Shown in pieces: positions 41,142 through 54,303 of a DNA stretch of 64,000 nt. The DNA is from Toensbergia leucococca (Eukaryota), in NCBI GenBank assembly GCA_022813965.1, contig JALDZS010000134.1:1-64000 (forward strand). The letters are read 5' to 3'. Positions within the stretch are counted from its first letter, which is position 1; every line of letters starts with the position of its first letter. Under the pieces are notes generated by a model. It did no database searches and was not told where the DNA came from. It saw only the letters and a list, made by a program, of their open reading frames with translations. Position numbers and translations under genes: made by a program.

Positions 41142-42017
41142 CTCTTTGAGATGTGGGATTGCCGTTTGGTATGGGTTTGGGGATTCGAGAGAATGTTGGG
41201 GATTATTATTGCCGGAATGTTGGATGGGGTGGGAAGGAGGGGGTTTCGGGGCTTTGGAAGAGGATTAGGGGTGTGTGTGTGTTGATGGGGTTGGGGGTGT
41301 GTGTTACGGATTTTTTGTTCTCTTTTCTTGGATGGAGGATGGGGGGGTTTTGCGAGAAGAGGGTTGGGAGGTTGGGTTCTTGGTGGTGGTGGTTGCGAGG
41401 AGAGGAGGAGAAGGAGATGGAAGTGGTGAGTGGGGAAGGATTTCTTATGGCCTAGGATGAGGCTCTGGCAGGGAGGGTGTTGATGCGTCCGAGGCGGTGG
41501 GTGTGTTGAAGAGTGGTGTGTCTTTTTTTTTGGGGTGTTGAACACGGGACTCGTTGCCTGTCTCTGTGTTTTGCAGGAATAGAAGCGTGTTGATTTGAGC
41601 TGTGAGTCATGGGTGTGACAGGAAAAGGAGTGGATGGAATGAGGGTAGCAGCACCAGATTTAGAGATGTCCTAGGAGGAGGATGATCGTTTTGAAGATGG
41701 TTCTTAAAAAAACTTGATTTCCATGTCTCTGTGTTAAGAAGGAGAATAAGAATAGAACACTGAATGGTCGATTGTTCATCTCCATCGAGTGCAGTGAATC
41801 AATACCATGACTCTATTCCAAGCCCCCCAAAAGAAAAGTGAATTCCACTGGGTATCCAACGCCCGAAAATGCGATGCCAAAGTATCCTCCTCCCCTAATG
41901 CTCGCTTCATGATCGCGTAGAAAGCCTCTCCAGAAATAAAACGCCAGAAAGATCCTCCATTATTGCGTTCCCATGAAATAACCAAATAAAATCAAAACTC
42001 CATTGTGCGCCCGTAAA

Positions 42018-45000
42018 TCAGTAACCAGCCAAATACGCGCCAACAAGGGCGATGGTAGCGCCGAGGAAGTAGTCGTAGAAGCCCGGCTTCGGCGCGGTAT
42101 CCGGCTGGGCTGTGGCTTCAACGCCGGCGACTGCCTCGCTCTCCTCAACTACCTCGCCCTGAGCGACTTCCTCACCAGTCGCTTCCTCACCGCCTGCCTC
42201 TGCGCTGACAATCTCCTCAGCGTCGATTGGCTCAGCTCGGAGCCCGTCACCTCCAGTCTCTTCGCTGGCTGGGAGATCTGTAGGCGCGGCCGCTGTTTCT
42301 GCGGCGATACGCTCGTGCTCGACAGCCTCTATCCAGGACTGTATAGTGTCGGCGCCGTACTCATCGAGGTCGGCCGTCTCCAGGAATTGGATCAAGGCTA
42401 GCGAGGCGGGATCGACGGGAGGCTGGCCTATTGATGCAACAGGATCAGAGACAGCTGGTCCGACCTGAGCCTCCACTATGGGTAGATTGAACCTTGGGCG
42501 TTGGGCCTTATCTTTGTCCATGGCAAACAACGCCTCCTGGGAGGAAAAGAGGGCGTCGGAGGTTGAGGCTTGAACCTCCCCTTCAGTCACACTCGACGCT
42601 TGAGTCGTCGGTTGACCGTTCGTATCCGAGGTTTTCTCTGTCGAGGACGTTACCTCAACCTCAGGGAGCGCTGGAGAGAGGACAGTGAGATTGAGTTCCT
42701 GCGACGACTCGGACTTGCTGAACTTGCATTCAAGTCCGCGGAAAAGGTCTTTGTCGTGTCCGACCACGAAGAACTTCATCCTATCCTCTTCGGAGCAGCC
42801 GGAACAGAAAGCTTGCTTCTCTGCTTCCCGTATCCGCTTCGGGCTCTCCGACTTCGATGCCAAGAACGCTCCTCTATGCCCGGCAGACATGGTCCCTATG
42901 TTGGGTACGGACGATCGACCGCTCCGTCCACGCGTTTCAGGCATTTCCTCCTCAACACCTGAACTGCATTCTTCAGAGTGAGCAGGACTCTTACCGCATT
43001 GAATAGTGCTCTTGCCACATCGACATCGGTGAGCTTCAGGAAGGTCCAGCAGAGCACTAAGAGCAGGCGAAGATTCTACCGAAAATTCCTGCACTTCATT
43101 AGTCGTCTTGGAGCCTGAAGGCGGCGATGTCTCTGACTCTGACAACTCGGGAGAATCATCCACATGAGCTTCAGGCTCTTCGGAAGTTTCGACACCGCTC
43201 GTGGCAGTTGCCTCAATCTCCGCACCAGGGTTGCCATAGAAGTCGCAATTTTCGGCTTCGACTTCTTCTTCCCCTAGTTCGATAAGAACACCAAACTCGT
43301 CAATACGGGTGGCCTGAGCTGATGATTGGTTCTTGGCAGGCAGCTCCACCATTGGCGAGATAGGGGTAAGCACCTCAACCTCGGCGTCTTCTTCCTCATA
43401 ATTCCAGGTAGTGGAGAGCCTAGAAGGTCCCGCAGCCTTCCAAGTAGTTCCTTTTGGGCGACCTACGTGGACGCGGCCATCGTCGTTGATCACATGGTCT
43501 TGAGGACCATGATCATTCCAAGAACCAACAAGGACCTGTGGCTGCGGCCCTGAAAATTTATGATTCATCCCAGGGAAAGGGCAATTGACATCGTATGGAA
43601 TGACTTCGCTATACGATTTTGGGCACTCCTGGGCAAAGTCGTAATGGTCCAAGCACCAGGTTCCACGAGGATGGTATACCTTGTCGACGTACCCAGTAAC
43701 AGCTTCTCGTAATTCTGTCCCTCCGAGGTGCAAAAGTTCGAGTGGGCCGGTAAAGTTGATGGGATCGACCCATTTCCCTGCTTGTGAAGCGAGTACCCCT
43801 TGTCGAGACCATGGATCGAATTTGCCCTTCCATTGGTAGACGATTGCTGCCCAAAGAGATACCTCAGCTGATGTTCTTGAAGACTGGTAGATCGGGTCCA
43901 GCAAGAAGTTGTAGTGGTGTACGACGCCCGCGGGTGCCGGTCCCACCTCACACACATGGAACGCCGGGTCACTTCCGTTGTTGGGATCCCTCTCAGAAGC
44001 CGACAATGGTTCGGTTCGGTAAGTTCCCAATGCGTGAAGCTCTGATATCAGTTGAGACCAGTTGAAATTGAAGGAGTCGAGGACTTGTTGCTGGTATGTC
44101 TGTTGATCAAGAACACCCTCGTCGAACCATATGGAGTCATCTGCTTCAAAGTATTCAGGGGCGTGCTGCTCCGAATATTGCGAGACGCAGCTGGACACTT
44201 GAGCTGGCTGTGGCTCGTTGGTGTATTGGTATTCCTCGTCCAGGTCTGTTGCACCACACCCGAACACAGCGTCAAGATCGATTTCGCTCAACAATGGCAT
44301 GGCTTTCTCCTCATTGCTGGCTCCGGTCCCATCCATCTCCCGATTTTGCGATTCTCGAGAGTCCGATGCCTCCAAAGCCGACGACTCGGAGAGTGACGGG
44401 CAACCGGGCTTGGCCAATTCTTCGGTATTGTTGAGGGCGGGTGTTGGGGAACCATGCGAGACCTCTTCACCTTGATCAATGATCTCTAAGGATTTTTGGT
44501 CAAGTACCCCAGAGAAAGGTGAATCCAGCGATAGAGGGTGTGAAGAAATGCCATCATCCAGAGAGGTGTTTGTATCTTCACTAGAAACAGTCTCTTCGCA
44601 GACTTTTCGTAAGTCGGATGAAGGCATGGAAATGGCAGCATCCTCTTTTTCGTCTTCCTCCTTAGCTTCCACTTCAGGAGACACTTGACCTTCAACACTA
44701 CCATTCGTGGTAGAAGCGTCTTCGGTCATAAATGGACTCGACTGGGCATCTCTCCGGACGATGTAATAGGGTCCGGCGGTCGTGTCATCAGAAGTAACTT
44801 GGTAGTTGGCTGAAGTACCAACTCGGTTTTCTGATGGAAGGAAGAATGTCTCCTTGAGAAACACCTTACCTTCCTTGTCCGCGAGAACAGCCTCAGCCAT
44901 GTAAGCTTGTGTCCCCAAAAGGGTTTCGGGCTGGGCGGCGAGAAGCTATATTTAGTCAGAACATGTGAGACAGGAAGGTGTCATTCATTAATGTTTACCT

Positions 45001-45165
45001 CTGGCCCAAATGTTATAACACACGATGGTCTTACAGGCACAGATCCAAATTGCTTCCGTGCCTAATTGAAGTTGATTTAGCTGAAGCGTAAAGGTTGCAC
45101 GATGCGGGTGGACATACCTGACGTTGGAGAGTAAAGAATAGTAGTGAAGTCCAGGATGGAGCCAT
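42018..45165 (-). CDS. Paralog B: uncharacterised ~1010-aa acidic protein with a conserved central domain and a C-terminal hydrophobic tail
   Basis: Exons 45165-45118, 45061-44999 and 44945-42018. Starts MAPSWTSLLFFTLQRQ|ARKQFGSVPVRPSCVITFGPE|LLAAQPE and ends KPGFYDYFLGATIALVGAYLAGY*. Confidence 0.85.
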
Positions 45166-45752
45166 TTCGATGATGTGTATATTGAATGACACAAGTGTGT
45201 TGGGCTTGTGTTAAATATAAAGCGATATGTCAGATGTATGACAAGCAGAAGGATTCGGTCTTCGAAAGAATATCAATGTTATCCGATGTAGGTGAAGGGA
45301 TGCAAAGGAGTCTCTAGAAGTGAGAGTGTTTGCAACTGAAAGCCTTGGATTATCGTTGATAATGTTCGAAGCGTGAGGAAAGAAGGAAGAAGAGGATGGG
45401 AGAGGTTCGGGCAAAGATCTAAATACCCCAGGATGACAGAACTGTTGATCAGTCTATTAACACTGAGTTAACAACTCTATTCACCACCCAATCGGTGCAT
45501 TTAAGCAGGCAGTGAATCGACAGCATGACTCTTGAGCCAGGGCCTTGACTTAACACGTCGGAAGAATTCATCATAGAGGGATCATGCCCACAATCAAACT
45601 AGGTCTTGAATGCTTAAAATCATTCCAACCTATATTGGTGCTGGTTGGGAATATTAGGGTTTCCAAAGTTTAAGGCTATTTGAGTATTTCCGGGAAGTAT
45701 AAGGAAGTTTGGCCTAAGGAAAGATCTTGAAGACGTCTGTTTGTTGAGCACG

Positions 45753-45777
45753 ATATATATATATATATATATATATA
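45753..45777. repeat. (AT)12 microsatellite
   Basis: Perfect AT dinucleotide run. Confidence 0.95.
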
Positions 45778-47924
45778 AGGTAAGTGTATATATATGTAAG
45801 AGACATAGCTGAAGCAACAGTGGCCGTGCTCTTAAGTAGAAGGAAATGCGCTGTGAACAAGATAGTCACAGATGTGTGAATCTTACAGACACCAAGCCAA
45901 AAGAGGATCTATAGCAAACCGGCTATAGTTTGATAGAAAAGGAACGCTGGCTCGAATCAAAATAGATTATGAGCAGAGGCTGCTGTACCATAGCTGACAA
46001 AAACAGTGCAAGAAACGCTTCAATTAGGACATGAGAATAGGGCCCCAGAGACCCTATCAGCGCTAAGAAAGAGGCCTACGTGAAGCACAGAGAATTATGA
46101 AGACTTGGAAAACTTGGAAAACTGATCATTTTCTAGCGACTTGTCACGTTCATCTGGCTACTTGAGGCAGAATACGATTAGATTTACAGCAGAACATACC
46201 GTTAGCTCAGCGCGGTGGCTTCTTCCTTGGGCGGCGCGAAAGCTGAGGTAAGTCATACTAGATCATTCCACAAAGTTAATAGGCTCACATAAGTATACGA
46301 GGCAGTTTGATGTGAGAGGGAAATTGAGATCTATCTAAACTTAGGAAATGTGGTCGTAATAAGGTAGCACGGTAGGCAGGTAGGCATCAAGCGACGTGGG
46401 CTGAGACCCTCAGGGGTACTCGACGTCATCGAGCGTTGGCAGAATTATCACCAATGGTGTGTGACAGCAACAACTGAAGAGAGAATTAAACAGTTCAATG
46501 TCTCTTATTGAGTGATATGTACTTTCGTCGATAGCTTTCTCGGTCTGTTCTGTTACTGTCACCCCAATTGCTACATATCGCATCTTGAGGGTAGCTTCTC
46601 TTGTCTACCAGCACAATTGAACGTGAAAAACCCTAGGCGATGATACTTTCACTCATCTGATAAAGAATTTCTTCAAAATAACCCATGTTGTATCTCAAGA
46701 TTAAGGCCTGCCTCATTTGTCTATCGATCTTTTCAAAGTAGATCCCGTTGGCTCTACGAATATTTTTACATAAAGGCAAATCCACGCCTTTTAGTACCAG
46801 CTGTTCATTCAAAGCATCCGCAATTGCGAATGCGTCGGGCCCTTGTCCGGTTCTTGAATCCACACTTGTTCCGGCATCATCTCCTGCTCTCATCGCCTAC
46901 CCCTATACTAAACTCTCCCTTGCCCATTTCCTCTGATCCATAAACCTCGGGATATCCTCATTAAAATAACAGAAACAACCTCTTATTGAAACAACTCCTT
47001 GGTGATCGCTGGCTCTTCGAATAGAAGTGCGAATGCCTCATGTGAGTGGATCATCGGGCTTTAGTGGCCAGAAAAGGGGGCAGGGCATTCACTACAGGGC
47101 CGAGCTTCCAGACTCGAAATAGAGCAAGACTGACCTGTGAAAGCTCATCTGCTTGAACTCAATGCACGTCACAGACAATCATCAGAATGTATCTCATAAT
47201 AGAGGAGTATCAGTCATTGTACCAATATACGAAAAAGTGCAAAGGAAACATAATACTCCTCCTAAAGCTACTCAGCGAGAACAGAGAGAATATGAAAGCA
47301 CTGGTCACGAGAGACTTGGCATACAAAATGGAACAGCGACACCTTCTAGAGGGTTCAATAGACGCCGGAAATTTTATTTGAAACTCTGGCATTTCCTAGG
47401 AGATGTGATGCGTCGTAGAAATTGGTCGAAGGCACTTGGGATCGCTGAGCTTGATCAAATCAGAACGTTTTCACCGGTCAGCTGGGGCGGGCATTCTAAG
47501 GAGATTAATTAGACGCACAGGAGCCGATGTAAGGAAAGCATGCCGGGCCGGAGGGGGGGAAGGGGGAAATAACTTACCACCAGGAATGGTCCAGAATGAA
47601 AGCGATGAATACTTGAAAAGATGCAACTTAGATTCGAAGAACTAGAGAAAGTAGCAACATGCATTCAGCCCATGACGAAGCATCTCTCTCAAGCTTTATA
47701 TCGAGGGAACAATGCTATAGGGCAATATCAGATCACGAACGCCGAATGAGAAGCCAGTAAATGCCATTTTCCAGGCGCAGACCGCAACAGGTCTTTTCGC
47801 CATCTCGTCAACTCCACCAACTCACAAGAAGGGCTGCTTGGCCTAGGATAGTCCTTTTCGTTTACGGTGGACATCCGCACCATCCCTAACCGCCCTATCC
47901 CAGATACCGTACCACATCCCTGCC

Positions 47925-48804
47925 TCACATTACCACGCATTTCCCTCCACAGCATCCCCTTCCTTTATCCTGCTCGCTCATATCGATCTTATCTCGAGGC
48001 CCACCACCGCCCGTTGAAGGGCCTGCAGCGTATGGCGATGACATCTCTTTGTTATATCTGCGTATTTCACGGACGACGTCGTAGAAGGCATTGTCGACAT
48101 TGGTGCGTGACTTTGCAGACGTTTCGATAAATTTGCAGCCGAATTGGCGGGACAGAGCCTCCCCTTCTGTATGGTTCCATAAGATTAGTATGGGAGGTCA
48201 GATAATGTAAATTGATGATTGGGCAATGGAGTGAAGGTAAAACATAAAATATGAGAACATACCTTGCCGTGACACCTGTCTCTCACCATCCAAATCACAT
48301 TTGTTCCCCACAATGATGATCGGAAAATAGTCTTTATCCTTGACTCTCAGTATTTGTTGTTGAAATGTCATGATTTCCTCGAAGCTCTGGCGTGATGTGA
48401 TTGAGTACACAAGGAGAAATCCTTCGCCTGTCCGCATGTACTGCTCTCGCATGGCTGAGTATTCTTCTTGGCCTGCTGTGTCCAGCACATCAAGTAGAGC
48501 AACTTCTTCGTCGATAATACATTGCTTCCGATATGAGTCTGGTTGCCAAATTCGAGTAAGCAGCTTATCAAATTCAAAGAGCATGACTGAGGGGACCAGG
48601 AATACCTTCAATAGTAGGATCGTACTCGTCGACGAAATGGCTTTGTATCAATTGGATGGTTAGGCACGACTTCCCTACACCTCCACCGCCAACGACAACG
48701 AGCTTGTATTCCCGTAGAAACTGCGAAGATGAATCGTCAGTATACATGCTGCATGATATCAATCAACGATAGAGGATAAGGTTTTCACTCACTTTTGAAG
48801 CCAT
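47925..48804 (-). CDS. RAS1: Ras GTPase (RasA/Ras1 type)
   Basis: [42 protein letters not shown] and ETSAK. C-terminal [10 protein letters not shown] provides palmitoylation Cys and a CAAX box. Confidence 0.97.
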
Positions 48805-49952
48805 GATGTCGGTACAGATGGTTCGAGCTCGACAAAGGGTAAATAGCTTGTGCTTTTGCTTTGATGCTCTTGGTCACTTGCAAGCAGGTGGCAATTGAGC
48901 ACGAGACTGGTTTGGTGATATGGAAGGCCGTGGCGCTTGTCGGGCAAATGGTATGCGCACGAATCCGAGTATGAAAAGGATGTGATGAAGCGGGATTTGG
49001 AAAGGCTTGTTGCGATGAACGGCCTGTGCTCGCACGACGATGACGAGCGGATGGGAAAGAGACACGGATGCAGTTCTGGGTTTGGGATGCGTGTCAATTC
49101 GTGTGAGGTCGAATTAAGACAATTGATGATGATGTTCCACAGCAGAAGATTCTCCTGCAGTAGAAATAACTTGCAGGCTTGCAGCAGTGACGGCAGGGGT
49201 GGTGCTTAGTTGGTGCCGACCCTAGTCCCGCTCCCGATTGAAACTGTTGGGTTTGTCGACTCTGTGGAGGCGGGATCACAGACCCTGGCTCGGGCACGAT
49301 GAATCAGTGGGAAATTGGGAGGTCGAATTAGTAGAAGGCCAGTGTCATTGATAGGTCCGATGACTTGGTCGCTAACGATCGAGCGGTTGCCACGTTCAAG
49401 CCTCTCGGAACATTCACCAATACATGGGAAAGATTGGAGAGCGGGGAGTGGTAAAGATAAAAGGATGTTCTGGTCAAGCGGAAAGGCTCATGGGAAAGGG
49501 GTTCGAAGGCAGATATCGTCAAAGGGGAGGGAAGGAAGGGGTTCAGTAGATCTACAAGACATTTATTCGTAGCAAGGGATCAGCCCGACCTAGGCTCCGT
49601 GTCTGGGTCAAGAAGCGCACTGTCTTCGGCTTATGGTCGGATCCCGTCTTCCAAGAGTCTCCTGTCTCTTTCCCTGCCGCGAAATGAAAATACGCCTATC
49701 GAAGACATGTGGAAAACTGAATCTTGTATTGCCATGTGTCTGCGGGACGTCAGATAAGCTTCCGGTAGTCTGCAAGTCTAACCATCTCCTCGGTGAAAAC
49801 AAAGTCATCTGATAGTGGTAAACAGCTTCATCCTCAGTGCCTTGGTTCTTTGTGTAACATCTCAATACATGCTTTGATCTCCATTACTACCTATTCTATG
49901 TTACTTGTACATCTTCAAGTCCGGAAGTCCGGAGTTTTCCAATGACGTGAGT

Positions 49953-51057
49953 CTAGCTCTCTTTATCTTCTTCAGACCCTTCTTCTACCTCGTCTTCTTT
50001 GTCGATCTTGGTACCATTAACATTCTTCTCTACTTCTGGTATCAAGCTTTCCATGAATTCCTTATCCTTGCCTACAAGTGTCACTGTGTTCATCGCCTTG
50101 CCCCATCGTGGGTAGCTGCCCACCTTCACACCTTTTGGCTCCACCCTTGCTGCCAATTCTGTTAAATACCCTGCTACTGCACTTTCAGCCAGTGGCGTCG
50201 AGAACAGTAATCGGTAAATTCCCTTTCCTTCTGGATCCGTCAAGCGCGGTAATAGCAAAGGCTTCAACCCATCCAAAAGCTGCGTAAATAGCCTGGGTAC
50301 ACCCGGTAGTATATGAATGTTTCCATTCACGACGTTTATCGGAACCCAAAGCTTTTCATCCACGAACAACGCTTGGCTTTTCTCGTCTCTTGTCTCGTCG
50401 ATCGGCAGTCTGATCATTCGTAATTTAGCTTCCAAGGCTGGGGAAGGTTCGTCATATGAAAAATTTGGCTGTGAGGGATGAGGTTTCGAAAGAGCTTTCA
50501 TACGCCGTAACGCATCTTCATGTAGTTTAAGTTTCAGACCGAATGCCTTGGCTATCGATTCGTAGGTAATATCATCGTGTCTAAGATTTTCAGATTTAGG
50601 ATTTACCGTCAATAAAGCGTTGGCCAGGCATACTCACGTTGGTCCAATTCCTCCGCTCGTCACGACAAAGTCATAGTTCTCACTCATCCGTCTCACTGCC
50701 TCTACTATTTCGCCCTCGTCGTCTGCAATGACCTCTATCCGCTTCAGATTCATGCCAAGCGAGAAGCAGAACTTGGCCAAGTATGCGGAGTTGGTGTCGA
50801 CCGTCTGAGACGATAAGACCCATCAGCTGCACGCTTGCTCCTAACTACACTAATCTCATGTGTACCTTTCCACCAAGCACTTCATCGCCAATTATAATAC
50901 ATCCGGCTGTATGTATCATGCGCTTGCTCCTTTCTTCTGCTAGTGATGTCATGCTGCCGCTTCCAAAGGCTATCCGTGATGCTGCGGCAGACTTATGGGC
51001 GTAATTTGGGAGGGGTCGAGAGAGATGTCGAGACAGTTGGCTTAGTCGAGCGAACAT
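49953..51057 (-). CDS. Molybdopterin-binding (CinA/MoeA-like) domain protein, Fpy1-like FAD pyrophosphatase family
   Basis: Motifs IIIGDEVLGGK|TVDTNS, VTSGGIGPT|HDDITY and ILPGVPRLF. Mitochondrial-type presequence MFARLSQLSRHLSR. Confidence 0.88.
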
Positions 51058-51262
51058 TGGGGTGTGTATGTAGGTTGGATGAAGTTGCACAAAGCCCGGC
51101 ACGTGTGCATTAGTTCTAGCTCTTGCTGGGGAGGATTTATGTGGGGTTGACAGGTACCTTAGGCGAACGTAATCGGCGTCTAGATTCTATGCTGCTAGGC
51201 TGCCTGTCGCTATCAGAACCAAGAATTTGTTCCACCGCCTCATCCCGTGAAGAAGGCAAATT

Positions 51263-51886
51263 ATGGTAAAAAGCCTCAATACTAGCCGTTCTCCGAAAAT
51301 GGGCTAAGAATACTAGTCCTCAGAATCACGGCTATATACCTTCTCGCCCGAAACCAAAGAGAAACTGCGGAAATTCCGACTAGGCACCTCGAGGGCAAAA
51401 GATCCTCAAGCAGTGATATGTACGTCTGGAACTTTGACACTACGCACCACTCGGTGTAGGATCAAAAGGCCACGTTCAAGGATTGTCGCTGAAACACTCT
51501 CATGTGTCAGATCAGATCGATAAGCACACACTTGAGATCGCCCAGGCCGACGATGAAATCTATACCAACATGCAAGAATTAGCAGGCGAGTTACCGGATC
51601 ACTCGCCACGCTATGTCTTGCTCAGCTACCCCTTGACCTTGGTTCGAAGCCTTTGTTTAGGCGAGATGCTGCTTCTGTCCAGCTGACAATATGCTAGCCG
51701 TCCGGGCGGTTATCTGTTCCTTATGTGATGCTTTACTATTTACCCGTTACGTGCAACGCTGAGTCGAGAATGCTGTACGCAGGGGCAAAAGAGTTGATGA
51801 GAAATACTGCTGAGGTGGGAAAGATTATTGAAATGTCTGAGGCGGAGGACTTAGAGGCTATTGAAGCGAAACTTTTGGGCGAATAG
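51263..51886 (+). CDS. Glia maturation factor (ADF-H family, Aim7/GMF)
   Basis: An ATG-only first exon, then SSESRLYTFSPETKEKLRKFRLGTSRAKDPQAVI, ELPDHSPRYVLLSYP, SGRLSVPYVMLYYLP and RMLYAGAKEL. Stop at 51884-51886. Confidence 0.9.
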
Positions 51887-52161
51887 TATGAATGGAATGG
51901 ACATCCAGTTGTTCATTGCGAGATGAAGTCGAATTCAAGATTCTTCCATTTCCAATATTGATATAGCTATCAGGAGTCTCACGTGAAGGGTCCTCATTCG
52001 TCCGAGTCGTATCATCACCTTCGAAGCCTCTCTATTACAAAGTCTTGGGCGTCGAAAGTCGAATTGTTATATCGAGTCTATCTGGTCTGTATATTTGACG
52101 GCTTCTTATACATCGCTCCTCCAGTCCCTGCCTTAAGGATGGTCAGCCATGATGAAACCCC

Positions 52162-53398
52162 CTAAGATTTCTTATGCATCACAGTTGCAGCAGCCTATTT
52201 CTCCGCGTTAGATGTTAAAGCGATCATACGGAACGATGCAAACATAAGAGCGTTGACGTATACAGGAGGCTTCGCATACAGAAAAATTCAAACACGGAAA
52301 ATTAAGATTAACTTACTTGATGGTTAGGGTAAATCAATGTATCTGCAATCACTACATTCTCCCGTCTCGAAGCACTGAATACAACAACCTCGGCAATATC
52401 GTTGGGAGTCAATGGCTCACACCCCCTATCATTTCATTAGCCTGATATCTATAATTATGCGGTAGACTCACGCATAAACAGCGTCAGCTTTTGCTTTGTC
52501 GCCGTAGAATCGGACGACGGAGAATTCCTGAAACGTCCCTTAGTATGGTCTTCATCCAGGAATCAGTCAAGTCAAGCAGGCCTGACTCGTTCCTTACAGT
52601 CTCCACTTGACCCGGATCAATCTCAATCACGCGTATCCTCGTAGCAACCAATTCTCTTCGCATAGCGTCAGTAAAGCTCCGTATTGCGGCTTTTGTGGCA
52701 CAGTAGATGGAGCCTCCAGGATATGGTTCTCTGCCTGCAATGCTACCAATATTGATAATATCTCCTTGACCTCCGTCTTCTCTTTTCTTGAAAATGGGTA
52801 AAATTGCTTGGGTCATGTTGATTAACCCTGTGACATTGGTTGCGAACATCACATTGATGTCCTCTTCTACAATATCCGGAGCCTTTGCGGTACCTTTTAC
52901 AAGGCCGCTAGCAATTAACAGATCAGCATTAACCAAGTACCTTAGGTCGATAATCTAGGCATTTGCGTACGCATTATTGATAAGCACATCAATTTCCTTG
53001 AACTCTGCAGGCAACGATTCCACGAATCCACGCACTTCTTCTGGGTTGCTGACATCTAACTTCACAGGCAGAATCTTGACACCTTCTCCCACCTCTTCCT
53101 TGATCTCTTGGGCTATTTGTTTCAGAGTATCAATTCTCCGTGCGGTCAAGATTAGTTTGAGGTTCTTCGGAGACGTTCGGGCAAATTCCATGGCTGTACT
53201 TTTCCCAATACCCGAAGAGCTACCTGTAATGACAATTGTCTTGCCTTCCAAGCGTTTCCCCATAGCTGTGGCCATTGCGCGCTTTCCTATGCTGAATATG
53301 GACGTTAGTCTCGGCGGAATTAAACGATTTGAGATTAAAGATAGTGGAGAAGGCTGCCCGGTGGTGATGAGGCGGCGGCAGATACGTAATGGGAGCAT
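52162..53398 (-). CDS. NADP-dependent short-chain dehydrogenase/reductase (YdfG/YMR226C-like 3-hydroxy acid dehydrogenase)
   Basis: Motifs TGSSSGIG, NNA|G, GSIAG, YCATK and DPGQVET|EFSVVRF. Two in-frame ATGs (53398 and 53275). Confidence 0.92.
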
Positions 53399-54303
53399 GA
53401 AAATATTCAAACGATAGGTTTGAATTGAATCATGGGTCTCAATACGTAGAAGTCACTACTTAGTGGTGAATCAGAGACAACGATAATGTTCTTGCAGGAG
53501 GGCGCTCCGGATATCTAGCCGCCGTTGACGCAGGAAGATAAAGATAGCGGGGTTGGGGGAACGAGTACGGCTAGGTAACATCTTACGATAATTTGGTAGG
53601 TCAGCAGCTCTCTCCATATTTTAACGGGCGAGGAAGAATGGGTAATCTTGGATGAAAAACTACCTTGCTCATTGACCTTTGCATTTCTGCGGTTGCCGGG
53701 AGATGACTGGTGCTCAATTGGATGCACTTTGCCCTCCGAGAAGCCTGGGCGGAAAAAAAATCGATCTTCCTTGCACGTCAAGCAAGTTATCAGAAGAAGT
53801 CTGAGAAGTATATGGTACTGGTGAATCGGAAGCTCCTATCAGTATTGTTTCAGCTCCCATGAGTCTGTCTCGTGTTTCTCTTACTATGTGAATGTTGGCG
53901 GTCCGTTGAAAGGGCCAATTGCAAAAAGCCAAAAAGTCACTGACAGGCTGCAACGTGTGTTCAAAGCTTTGAGGGCATCGATTAGTGTGCTGATGCCATC
54001 AGGTGAGTAGCCTTGTTACTGCTAGAGTCTTTCCGCCTCTTAGGGTTCATCAGAGTTTCAATAAAAATAGTTCCGTTATCCCTTCTTCTGCTGGTCTAAA
54101 ACGGCATGATGCTCTAATTCGCTATTTTAAAGTCCCCTTTTCCAGCAAAATCAGTGCCAGTCAAACGAAAGCCATCGGCGAAAAGATTATCGTTGTCGGG
54201 CTACCAACTTATGCCTAGCATGAGAAAGTCATATCACAGCAAGAAAAGTATCAGCCAAGACTTGTAGGGGAGACAGCCTTCATTACCCTCTTGCTAGGTA
54301 GAT

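Noticed and set aside
46200..46250. TAGCTCAGCGCGG box-A-like sequence with a CTCAGC...GCTGAG stem
   Set aside because: No TTCGA T-loop or cloverleaf, so it is not a tRNA.
46400..47520. Short ORFs (86-119 aa) between paralog B and Ras
   Set aside because: No recognisable motif or consistent splice model. They could be an eroded gene but this is unsupported.
53880..54060. AACCCTAA (minus strand) followed by U-rich tracts, reminiscent of a telomerase RNA template/pseudoknot
   Set aside because: It is only an 8-nt match. The intergenic gap (about 0.9 kb) is shorter than the roughly 2-kb filamentous-fungal TERs, and no convincing pseudoknot pairing or P6/6.1 element was found.
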